Below, piece after piece: positions 1 to 8,260 of a stretch of 64,000 nt of DNA (position 1 is its first letter; each line of letters opens with the position of its first letter). Both the position numbers and the translations under genes were made by a program. The notes below the pieces were generated by a model. The model did not search any database and had not been told where the DNA came from. It worked only from the letters and a program-made list of their open reading frames with translations. Origin of the DNA: Ktedonobacterales bacterium (GTDB taxonomy: Bacteria; Chloroflexota; Ktedonobacteria; Ktedonobacterales; DATBGS01); the NCBI GenBank assembly GCA_036557285.1, contig DATBHW010000016.1:6995-70994 (forward strand), given 5' to 3'.

Positions 1-47
1 AAAGCGCTCATCTCAAGTATACCGCAAACGTCAAGCCCCTAGCCTGC

Positions 48-1349
48 TTAGAAGAGCGCAGCGTCTGACCGCTTGCTAGCTTCCATTCGGCTCTTCACCA
101 CCTGTCCTGCTTTCATCACCAGCGCCAGTTTGCCCTGATCTTCCACTGCCGTGATATTGGCGAGCAGGTCGCTGTCAACGAGCAGCAGGTCAGCCAGCTT
201 GCCTTCTTCCAGTGTACCCACTTCTTTATCCAGATGCAGCAGCTTTGCTGCCTCACTCGTGCTGGCAACAATAGATTGCATCGGCGTCATTCCATGTTCC
301 ACCATCAGGCCCAACTCGCGGGCGTTGCGCCCGTGCGGTCCCACACCGCTATCGGTCCCCATTGCAATCTTCACCCCCGCCTGAATCGCCTTGCGAATGC
401 TGGCGGAATGATCGGCGACCACAGCGCGAGCCTTATTCACCACAATCTCTGGCAGCGCCCCAGGATTAGCCTCAGCAAAAGCAATGACATCGCGCGGCGC
501 TACCAGCGTCGGGACCAGATAGACGCTTTTGGATTTCATCATCTCGATAGCCTCGTCATCCAGCCAGATACCATGCTCAATCGAGGCGATACCTGCCTTC
601 AGCGCATTCTTGATACCAATTGTGGACTGCGCGTGCGCCATTGCGCGCTTGTAGTGTGTGCCTGCTTCATACACAGCGGCGCTAATTTCCTCAACAGTAA
701 ATTGCGGCGAAGACGGGTCATCGCCTGTAGAGAGGACACCGCCGCTGGTACACAGCTTGATCCAGTCGGCTCCAGCACGCAGTACCTCGCGTACCTTCTT
801 GCGCATCTCATCAACACCATCCACCACACTATGTGGCACATCCGGGTAATGAACCAGGCGCAGGTCTACGCAGCAGGGCATATATCCATCAGCGTGACCG
901 CCGGTCTGGCTCAGAATCGTGATCGCCACCAGCATGCGCGGCCCAGGAAAGAGGCCGCGCTCGACGGCTACCTTCACACCCGCAGGTGTGCCACCAGCGT
1001 CTCGCACCGTTGTGATGCCTGCCTCCAGCGTGGCTTGGCTGTTGGGTACGGCATAGAGCAGATTGAGCGAGGGCGGAGTCATGACGCGATCCGCCAGGCC
1101 CATGCCAGAGCGCATTGCCAGATGAACGTGGCAATCAATCAGGCCAGGAAGAAGTGTCATCCCATCAGCTTCGATCACTGTCGCGCCCTGGGGGACAGGA
1201 ACCGCCGCTCGCGCGCCAACTGCGCGAATGCGTTCGCCCTCAATTAAGATCGCGGCGTTGCTTATTGGGTCATGGCCGGTACCATCAAGCAACGTTGCCC
1301 CCAGAATCACCGTTGGCTCAGAGGCAGGAGTATGTGATGCAGCAGACAT
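48..1349 (-). CDS. amidohydrolase-superfamily metallohydrolase (imidazolonepropionase / Xaa-Pro dipeptidase-like)
   Basis: 433-aa ORF. Has the 'LLPGLIDCHVHL' HxH metal motif near the N-terminus and later 'MAHAQS', 'SIEHG' and 'AMGTDSG' segments typical of the fold. The overlapping plus-strand ORFs are Arg/His-rich shadows. Confidence 0.85.
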   Translation of the reverse strand: MSAASHTPASEPTVILGATLLDGTGHDPISNAAILIEGERIRAVGARAAVPVPQGATVIEADGMTLLPGLIDCHVHLAMRSGMGLADRVMTPPSLNLLYAVPNSQATLEAGITTVRDAGGTPAGVKVAVERGLFPGPRMLVAITILSQTGGHADGYMPCCVDLRLVHYPDVPHSVVDGVDEMRKKVREVLRAGADWIKLCTSGGVLSTGDDPSSPQFTVEEISAAVYEAGTHYKRAMAHAQSTIGIKNALKAGIASIEHGIWLDDEAIEMMKSKSVYLVPTLVAPRDVIAFAEANPGALPEIVVNKARAVVADHSASIRKAIQAGVKIAMGTDSGVGPHGRNARELGLMVEHGMTPMQSIVASTSEAAKLLHLDKEVGTLEEGKLADLLLVDSDLLANITAVEDQGKLALVMKAGQVVKSRMEASKRSDAALF

Positions 1350-1579
1350 CGCCGGTCCCTTTCTGTAGAGAGAATTGTACCCCTAGCATACCATAGAAGA
1401 GGTCTTGCCGATGCCCTTGCTTTTGCATGGAAAATGCAGTAGTCTCTCGCACCATTGCAACCTGAGCGGCATGCCATCCAGCCCCAACCGCGCGTAACAC
1501 CGTAGCGAATAGCTTATAAGAGTGTTTACGGAACTGCTCTCTACATAAAGCGGCTCCCTGGATAGAGGAAAGCAAGCGT

Positions 1580-3070
1580 ATGAGTACAGATATATTGCTA
1601 GCAAATACCTATTTTCTGAATCGTGACCCCACCGAACTCCGCAATATGCGGCCCTATGCCCCGCTGGGTATTCTCTATCTCGCTGCCCATGTGCGCCAGC
1701 AAGGCTATGCTGTCAAGGTTTATGACAACACCTTTCGCCCCGACGAACACGCCTTCTTTCGCGCGCTGGAAGAGAGCAACGCCCGCATCGTCGGCTTCCA
1801 CAGCATGTTTATCAGCCGTTCGTCCGCAGAACGGCTTATTCAGGGAGCCAAAGAGCGCGGCTGCACCGTCATTTGTGGCGGGCCAGATGCCACCGTCGCA
1901 CCTGACCTCTACCTGAAGACCTATGGCGCGGATTACGTTGCCTTCAGCGAGGGCGAACACACGATAGAAGAACTGCTCGGCCATCTGACCGGCAAGACGC
2001 AGACGCCGCTCAACAGTATCCAGGGCATCGCTTACCTCGACGAAAACAAAGAAATTGTGCAGACACCCTCGCGCGCCCTGATGCGACACCTGGATGCGCT
2101 GCCCGAACCGGCCCGCGACCTCATCGATCTGGGCGAGTACCTGCACGCCTGGAAGAAGCATCACGGCTTCACGTCGCTACATCTCATCACTTCGCGTGGG
2201 TGCCCCTTTGGGTGCGCCTGGTGCAGTCGCGCCGTGTTTGGCCGCAACTATCGCCTGCGCGACCCCGAACTGGTTGCCCAGGAGATCAGGCGCATCAAAG
2301 ATGACTGGAAGCCAGATCACATTCGCATTTCTGACGATATTTTTGGGGTCAACAAGCAGTGGATTATCCGCTGGCGGCAGGCAATGGAAGAGCACGACGC
2401 TGTAATTCCTTTTGAGTGCCTTTCGCGGGTGGACCTTCTGGCGCCCGAACTGCTCGATAACCTCAAAGCGGCTGGCTGCGTGCGCATCTGGTGCGGCGTG
2501 GAGTCCGGTTCCCAAAAAGTGCTGGACGCAATGAATAAAAACATCAAAGTCGAGGAGAGCTATCGAGCCGCGCAGTTGATGAAAGAACGCGGCATCAAGC
2601 GCGCCTTCTATATCATGCTGGGCTATCCAGGAGAAAAACGCGAAGACATCCAACGGACCAAAAAGCTCTTGCTCGATAACCTGCCTGAAACTGTCTCGAT
2701 CTCCGTCGCCCATCCCATTCGCGGCACGTTCTTCTATGATGCCGTCGAAGAATATTTAGGGCAGGAGCGCGAGGACTGGAAAGAAACCAGTGAGAACCGC
2801 CTGATGCACCCGGCGGAGTTTTCAGGCGTTTTCTACAAACGCCTGGTCAGCTATCTGACCACATTGGTCTACTTCCGCCAGCGTCCCTTGCTGGACCGCC
2901 GCAACCTGTATGACCTCCCCAAGCTGGCGGCGCTGCGCGTGCTGACCTGGTGGCATGGCTGGCGTAGCGAAGGCAAAGACCCCCGGCTGGCCCGTGTCCT
3001 TACTGTAGCGACGCAAGCCGGAGCAAAGCAAGCGGCAAGCGCCGAGGCCAAATTGCATCATGTTGCTTAG
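1580..3070 (+). CDS. B12-binding-domain radical SAM enzyme (COG1032 type), copy 1
   Basis: 496-aa ORF. N-terminal B12-binding-like Rossmann segment (PLGILYLAAHVRQQGYAVKVYD). Radical-SAM cluster motif 'SRGCPFGCAWCS' (CxxxCxxC). SD-like GAGGAA lies 9 nt upstream of the ATG. Confidence 0.85.
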   Translation: MSTDILLANTYFLNRDPTELRNMRPYAPLGILYLAAHVRQQGYAVKVYDNTFRPDEHAFFRALEESNARIVGFHSMFISRSSAERLIQGAKERGCTVICGGPDATVAPDLYLKTYGADYVAFSEGEHTIEELLGHLTGKTQTPLNSIQGIAYLDENKEIVQTPSRALMRHLDALPEPARDLIDLGEYLHAWKKHHGFTSLHLITSRGCPFGCAWCSRAVFGRNYRLRDPELVAQEIRRIKDDWKPDHIRISDDIFGVNKQWIIRWRQAMEEHDAVIPFECLSRVDLLAPELLDNLKAAGCVRIWCGVESGSQKVLDAMNKNIKVEESYRAAQLMKERGIKRAFYIMLGYPGEKREDIQRTKKLLLDNLPETVSISVAHPIRGTFFYDAVEEYLGQEREDWKETSENRLMHPAEFSGVFYKRLVSYLTTLVYFRQRPLLDRRNLYDLPKLAALRVLTWWHGWRSEGKDPRLARVLTVATQAGAKQAASAEAKLHHVA

Positions 3071-4868
3071 ACGGCTCTTTGCCACCACTACCGGCGCCAT
3101 TGTCTCCAAAGGCGCGGCTATCATCACGGCGCTGCTGCTCTTTCGCCAGCTACCAACAGCAGACATGGGCCGCTACACCGCCGCGTTCACGCTGGTGAGC
3201 TTCTGCGCCATCCTGGGCAACTCCGGGCTGAATCCGCTGACTACCCGCGAGATCGCCCGACGCGGCGAAGAAGGGTGGGGGTGGTGGACAGCTATCGCGC
3301 CCTTACGCCTGCTGCTGGCGCTCGGAGCGTATGGTCTGCTGGTGGTGATCGCTTTGTTCGTTCCTTCGCTGGTAGACCCACGCCTGGCGCTGGTGGCTGG
3401 GCTGCTCCTGGCGCCCGACGCGCTGGCCGGGGCGCTGGCTGCCACACTCGGCGGGATAGGCCAGGCCACGCTGGCAAGCTGGCTGGACGCCCTCAGCAAA
3501 CTTATCGGCCTGATCGCCACGCTGGCGCTTGTGGTGATCTGGCGCGCTGATGTGTTGGCGCTGGCCTGGCTGGCTGTGGCGCTGGCCGCAGGAACGCTGC
3601 TCTTCAACGGGCTGGCGCTGGTAAGCCAATGGCGCGGCACGCGATTGAACCACAGAGGTTGGCGCTGGAACCCCGGAAACTGGCGCATCCATCTGCGCCT
3701 GAGAGGTTCCTCAACTACCCCCTCTTCAGGTACCTTCTCTCCCTCTGATACACCAGATGGCCTTTCAGGCTCATCGAAGATAAGGCCGATCTGGACACAC
3801 GAGCATGCGCAAGAATCTCTCCTGACTGGGACGCGTGAAGGAGAAAAACCTTCTCGTAACCGGTCCTGGCGCCGGAGCGCGCTCAAATGGGAGATTGTTC
3901 GTCAACTGCCCAACCGCCTGCTCTCTGATTGGAAATATGCCCTGGCAGCGGCGCTGCCATTAGGACTGGGGGCGCTGGCCGCCACCTTCTATTTTCGCGT
4001 GGATACCCTCTTTCTCAGCGCCGCTCGTGGTGGACGCGCCGTCGCGTACTACAACGCACCCTACCAAATCGTTGAGGCCTTCTGGCTTATCTCCACCAGT
4101 TGGAACGCAGTCATGCTCCCAGTCCTGGCCCGGCATTACTCGCCGCGATTCGTTGAGCGTTCGATTGCGCTGCTGCTTAGTATCGGCCTGCCTGCCAGTC
4201 TGGTCATTACCTTTCGTGCCGATGATATAGTCATGCTGGTCTTTGGCCCAGCCTATTTGCCAGCAGTGCTGCCGCTGCGGTTGGTGATCTGGGTCGTACC
4301 CATCCTCTTCAGCTACGTTCCCCTGGTGACAGCCCTCTTCGTGCATGATCGCCAGCGCGATGTCTTGTACGTGCTGCTGGCGAATCTGGTGCTGGCGCTG
4401 CTGCTGAATGCCTTACTCATCCCACCCTACGGAGTAGCAGGCGCTAGTATCGCTACTCTGATTGTAGAGGCTATTGGACTCATTGGCTATGTGTGCATGG
4501 CGCGGCGCGCCAATCTAGGGGTTAGCTGGGCAAGTGGCCTGGTCGGGCCGCTATCCATCTGCGCTCCGCTCGCAGCAATTCTGCTGATTGGGCAGGCGCT
4601 GCCCTTCTTCTTTATTATGCCAGCCACGCTCATGCTCTGGGCAGCCCTGTTTGCCTTGTTTCGTCCCTGGGCAGGCTGGCCGATAAACCCGCAGTTTTTC
4701 TCTCCACAAGGGGCGCGGGGCCAGTTTGAGCGAGTACGAACAGAAACTGCGGGCCAGGAACGTGAAGACCGTGCTGATGGGCCTGGTCACGCAAACGCTC
4801 AGCCGCCAGCCGACGATACGATAGTCAATACACGCCAGCCAGCATCTCAAGGAACGGAGGTTTCGTGA
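3060..4868 (+). CDS. Wzx/MurJ-like polysaccharide (lipid-linked oligosaccharide) flippase with long internal hydrophilic loop
   Basis: 602-aa ORF made of many hydrophobic helices in two blocks, separated by a roughly 90-aa Arg/Ser/Gly/Pro-rich loop (about nt 3640-3900). The ATG overlaps the upstream stop by 11 nt. The family call rests on topology and composition only. Confidence 0.65.
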   Translation: MLLRRLFATTTGAIVSKGAAIITALLLFRQLPTADMGRYTAAFTLVSFCAILGNSGLNPLTTREIARRGEEGWGWWTAIAPLRLLLALGAYGLLVVIALFVPSLVDPRLALVAGLLLAPDALAGALAATLGGIGQATLASWLDALSKLIGLIATLALVVIWRADVLALAWLAVALAAGTLLFNGLALVSQWRGTRLNHRGWRWNPGNWRIHLRLRGSSTTPSSGTFSPSDTPDGLSGSSKIRPIWTHEHAQESLLTGTREGEKPSRNRSWRRSALKWEIVRQLPNRLLSDWKYALAAALPLGLGALAATFYFRVDTLFLSAARGGRAVAYYNAPYQIVEAFWLISTSWNAVMLPVLARHYSPRFVERSIALLLSIGLPASLVITFRADDIVMLVFGPAYLPAVLPLRLVIWVVPILFSYVPLVTALFVHDRQRDVLYVLLANLVLALLLNALLIPPYGVAGASIATLIVEAIGLIGYVCMARRANLGVSWASGLVGPLSICAPLAAILLIGQALPFFFIMPATLMLWAALFALFRPWAGWPINPQFFSPQGARGQFERVRTETAGQEREDRADGPGHANAQPPADDTIVNTRQPASQGTEVS

Positions 4869-6466
4869 AAGTACATCGCAGAGTTCTTTTCTATCAGCCA
4901 TATTGCTTCGACGGTTTCCCACGCATGCCGCTGCCTTTGATGTCGGTGGCGCGCATGGTAGATCGTGAGACCTTGGAGCCAATCATCTTCGATGCCAACG
5001 TTGATAAAGACGCGCTAGAAAAGCTGCTGGCCGCTGCTGCCGATAATCCCCTGCTGATTGCCATGAGCGTGATGCCCGGCGATCAAGTGGGCAATGCCTA
5101 TGAGCATAGTAAACTCTTGAAGGCTCGCTATCCTGATCTGCCCATCATCTGGGGCGGCTATTTCCCTTCCATGTATCCCGATACCTGTCTGAAGACTGGT
5201 ACGGTTGATGTGCTGGTCAAAGGTTATGGCGAACCAACGTTTGCCGAATTGATAGCACATTATGCCAGCGGCGGCGCTGCCGCTGATCTGAAGGGCATTG
5301 CTGGCACGATCTATCTGCGCGATGGCAAAATTGTCACCGAACGCCGACGGCTGCTGCAAGACCTCAACCGCTATCCGTCGCTGCCTTATGATCTGGTTGA
5401 TCTGCCGCGCTACATCGCGCCCACCTGGCACGCTGACCGCAACGTCTTCTACATCTCCAGCCAGGGCTGCCCCTATGAGTGCGGTTTTTGCGCCATTCCT
5501 GCTGTCGGGGGGCGCAAATGGGCCGCCTACGATGCCGACAGAGTGATCGAAGATGTCAGGTTCTTTGTCGAGCAGTATGATGCGAACGGCATCACCTTTG
5601 GCGACACCGAGTTTTTTGTTAGCGAAGCGCGCGTGCGCGGCATCGCGCAGGGGTTGATCGATCTGGGCAGCCCGGTGACGTGGTGGGCAATGGGTACGAT
5701 TGCCCGGCTGGTACACTTTCAAGAGTCTACCTGGCGTCTTCTGGAGCAGAGCCGCTGCGCGGGCATCTTCGTGGGCGCGGAATCTGGCTCTGATGAAACG
5801 CTCCAGGTCATGGGCAAGGCCAGCACCGTTGCTGATACTCTGCGCCTGGCGGAAATCTTCAAGCAGCACAGCATCCTACCAGAGTTTTCGTTCGTCCTGG
5901 GCTATCCACCGCATCCCGAAAAAGATATTGACGCCTCGCTAACGCTGATGAAGACCCTACGCGCGATGAATCGTAAAAGCCACTTTATCCCTCACGTTTA
6001 TACACCCTTGCCCGACACCGGCAACTTTGACCTGGCAACCGAACATCACTTTGCCTCGCCAACCACGATGGAAGGCTGGCTGGAGGGCCGCTGGCGCGAC
6101 TTTGGGCGCATGCACCATCCTCACACCCCCTGGCTGGAGGGCAGGCGTGGCAAGTTCCTGCACGATTTCGAGATCGTTGTGCAGTACAGCAACCGCGTCT
6201 GGGCCAACAAAGCGCCGGGGATGGTTGGACCAATCTCCTTCGCCTTGCTCAAAGCCTCCTGTTCGCTGCGCTGGCAGACCGGCTTTTTCCGCTATCCCTA
6301 TGAGTTGCAATTCCTCTGGAAAGCCGGGCGTGCTTTCGCCCGGCTGCGCGATGGAGAGATTCCCTTGCCGGGACCGCGCCCATCGTGGAAGCAGTATCGC
6401 TGGCGGCGGGCGCGACCAGGCAAGAGCCGCTCAGCCTTCCCCCCATTTCAGGAGGCTCGCGCATGA
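4865..6466 (+). CDS. B12-binding-domain radical SAM enzyme (COG1032 type), copy 2
   Basis: 533-aa ORF. The GTG start overlaps the flippase stop (GTGA) and has GGAGG 5 nt upstream. N-terminal B12-binding-like region. 'SSQGCPYECGFCAI' CxxxCxxC motif. Confidence 0.85.
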   Translation: MKVHRRVLFYQPYCFDGFPRMPLPLMSVARMVDRETLEPIIFDANVDKDALEKLLAAAADNPLLIAMSVMPGDQVGNAYEHSKLLKARYPDLPIIWGGYFPSMYPDTCLKTGTVDVLVKGYGEPTFAELIAHYASGGAAADLKGIAGTIYLRDGKIVTERRRLLQDLNRYPSLPYDLVDLPRYIAPTWHADRNVFYISSQGCPYECGFCAIPAVGGRKWAAYDADRVIEDVRFFVEQYDANGITFGDTEFFVSEARVRGIAQGLIDLGSPVTWWAMGTIARLVHFQESTWRLLEQSRCAGIFVGAESGSDETLQVMGKASTVADTLRLAEIFKQHSILPEFSFVLGYPPHPEKDIDASLTLMKTLRAMNRKSHFIPHVYTPLPDTGNFDLATEHHFASPTTMEGWLEGRWRDFGRMHHPHTPWLEGRRGKFLHDFEIVVQYSNRVWANKAPGMVGPISFALLKASCSLRWQTGFFRYPYELQFLWKAGRAFARLRDGEIPLPGPRPSWKQYRWRRARPGKSRSAFPPFQEARA

Positions 6467-7248
6467 CCCTCTCAACATCCCTGCGCCGCGTGCTGGGCCG
6501 ATACTCAGCTGCGCCTCAGCAGCTTGGTGTGCTGGAAGGGTATGCTCGCTGGGCAGCCACCTACGAGCAGGACATGGAAGGGCACCCGCTGGCCCTGGCC
6601 GAGTCCGGCGCTATTCTTGCCTTGCTGCCGTCATGCCAGGGCATCATCGCCCTGGATGCCGCCTGTGGAACGGGCCGCTACACCCGTATACTGGCAGCGC
6701 GGGGCGCGCGGCAGGTCATCGGCATTGATCAATCAACCGCTATGCTGGAACGCGCCCGCGAACTCAACACGCCTGAGCCTGGCGCTGAGATGCTCTTCAA
6801 GCAGGGAAACCTGCTCGATTTGCCGCTGGCTGATCACTCTTGCGATCTGGCAATTGTGGCGCTGGCGCTGGCTCATCTGGAAACCAGGCAACTCAGCCGC
6901 GCGTTTGCTGAGCTAAGTCGGATACTCAAACCAGGCGGCATGCTGCTCATGTCAGAGATGCACCCCTTTGGCGCGCTCACCGGGGGTCGCTGCCGCTTTG
7001 AGATACGCCAGGACAACCAGCAGCAGATTTATCATATTCAGACCCATACCCATCTGCACGAAGACTATCTTGCCGCCGCCAGCAATGCTGGTCTGGCTCT
7101 GGAAGCCCTGCGCGAGCCGCGCCTGTCACCCGATCTTTTCCCGGCCTTCGAGCGCGCCAATATGGGTACGTTTGCCCGCCAGTTTGCAGGATTTCCCCTC
7201 GCGCTGGTCTGCTGCTGGCGAGCCAGGGCAGAGAACCTGCCAACCTGA
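6463..7248 (+). CDS. class I SAM-dependent methyltransferase
   Basis: Motif I 'ALDAACGTGRYT' and 'ILKPGGMLLMSE'. I chose the internal ATG at 6463 because it forms an ATGA overlap with the upstream stop and has GGAGG 7 nt upstream. The longest ORF in the track starts at 6385. Confidence 0.8.
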   Translation: MTLSTSLRRVLGRYSAAPQQLGVLEGYARWAATYEQDMEGHPLALAESGAILALLPSCQGIIALDAACGTGRYTRILAARGARQVIGIDQSTAMLERARELNTPEPGAEMLFKQGNLLDLPLADHSCDLAIVALALAHLETRQLSRAFAELSRILKPGGMLLMSEMHPFGALTGGRCRFEIRQDNQQQIYHIQTHTHLHEDYLAAASNAGLALEALREPRLSPDLFPAFERANMGTFARQFAGFPLALVCCWRARAENLPT

Positions 7249-7295
7249 CATGATGACGGAACGAAGAGAGAACCATTAACAGAAGGGCAGAGCGT

Positions 7296-8255
7296 ATGAT
7301 TATCTCGAAACCCCGCTCGCTCCCCATCAGCGAGCAGCAGCCAGCGTCAGCAGCAGATGCGCGGCTGGCTGTGCTGCGAGGGTTGGCATACTCGGATATT
7401 TTCGATTACGCTCCAGACCGCTCTGCACTCTATTACACGCTGGAATACCCAGGCATCTCACGCGCTCGCTTCGAGCAAACCCTCCAGGAAATGCAAGCAG
7501 AAGGGACTATCATTGCTGACGACGAGCGATGCATGCTGGCGGGCCGAGAGGCGCTTTCAGCCATCTGGCGACGCCGCCAGCAGCAATCAGCACAGAAATG
7601 GCAGGCGGCCCGCCGCTATTCGGCGTTGATTCGCTGTCTGCCATTTATACGTATGGTCGCCGTCACCGGACCACTCGCTGTGCAAAGCGCCGAAGCCCCT
7701 GACGACATTGATCTCTTTCTCATTACCGCGCCGGGCCGTGTCTGGTTGGCACGCGCTCTGACCATCGTCATCGTGCGGCTGGCCGCGTTGTCCAGATTGA
7801 CCCTCTGTCCCAACTATTTGATTGCCACAGACGCGCTGGAGGTTTCCGAGCGCAACCTCTATACCGCGCGCGAACTCGTCCAGATGCAGCCGCTCTACGG
7901 CGCAGGCTGGCATCAGCAGCTACGCGCGCACAACCGCTGGACGCTGGACTATCTGCCCAACGCTGAGATCGCCGCTGCCCCTACCGCCCTCCCACTGGAT
8001 CGCTTGCCATATAGCACGCGTCTCTTGAAATCGCTAGGTGAACGTCTGCTAGGAGGGAAACCAGGCACAGCGATGGATCGCTGGGAAATGCGCCGCAAGG
8101 TGCGCAAGTTTCTTCGGGGGCGAGCGCCCGCTGCTCTTGAAGAAGCCAGTTTCACACCCGCGCAGTGCAAAGGGCATTTCAACGGCCATGCCGCTCGTAT
8201 TCTTCAGCACTTTCACGAGCGCATTGACGCCGTGTCAGCAGCCCAGGGGGAGTAG
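7296..8255 (+). CDS. hypothetical protein, possible nucleotidyltransferase-fold
   Basis: 319-aa ORF with SD-like GAAGGG upstream. The segment 'VAVTGPLAVQSAEAPDDIDLFLI' fits a minimal NTase G-x(n)-DxD pattern. I recognise no other motif. Confidence 0.55.
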   Translation: MIISKPRSLPISEQQPASAADARLAVLRGLAYSDIFDYAPDRSALYYTLEYPGISRARFEQTLQEMQAEGTIIADDERCMLAGREALSAIWRRRQQQSAQKWQAARRYSALIRCLPFIRMVAVTGPLAVQSAEAPDDIDLFLITAPGRVWLARALTIVIVRLAALSRLTLCPNYLIATDALEVSERNLYTARELVQMQPLYGAGWHQQLRAHNRWTLDYLPNAEIAAAPTALPLDRLPYSTRLLKSLGERLLGGKPGTAMDRWEMRRKVRKFLRGRAPAALEEASFTPAQCKGHFNGHAARILQHFHERIDAVSAAQGE

Positions 8256-8260
8256 AGCAC

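Noticed and set aside
234-1247. 337-aa plus-strand ORF, plus several shorter ones, antisense to the amidohydrolase gene.
   Set aside because: It has an Arg/His/Cys-rich, low-complexity translation with no motif. It lies entirely inside a gene with clear family signatures. This is a typical shadow ORF of GC-rich DNA.
3173-3886. 237-aa minus-strand ORF inside the flippase gene. Similar long antisense ORFs occur at 5015-5869, 6027-6728, 12698-13093, 16009-16689, 20547-21227, 34267-35022, 35364-36706, 39293-39970, 44045-45206, 45318-46121, 46292-46951 and 52360-53606.
   Set aside because: All are antisense or out of frame to genes with recognisable motifs. All have Arg/Pro/Gly/Ser-biased compositions expected from GC-rich non-coding frames.
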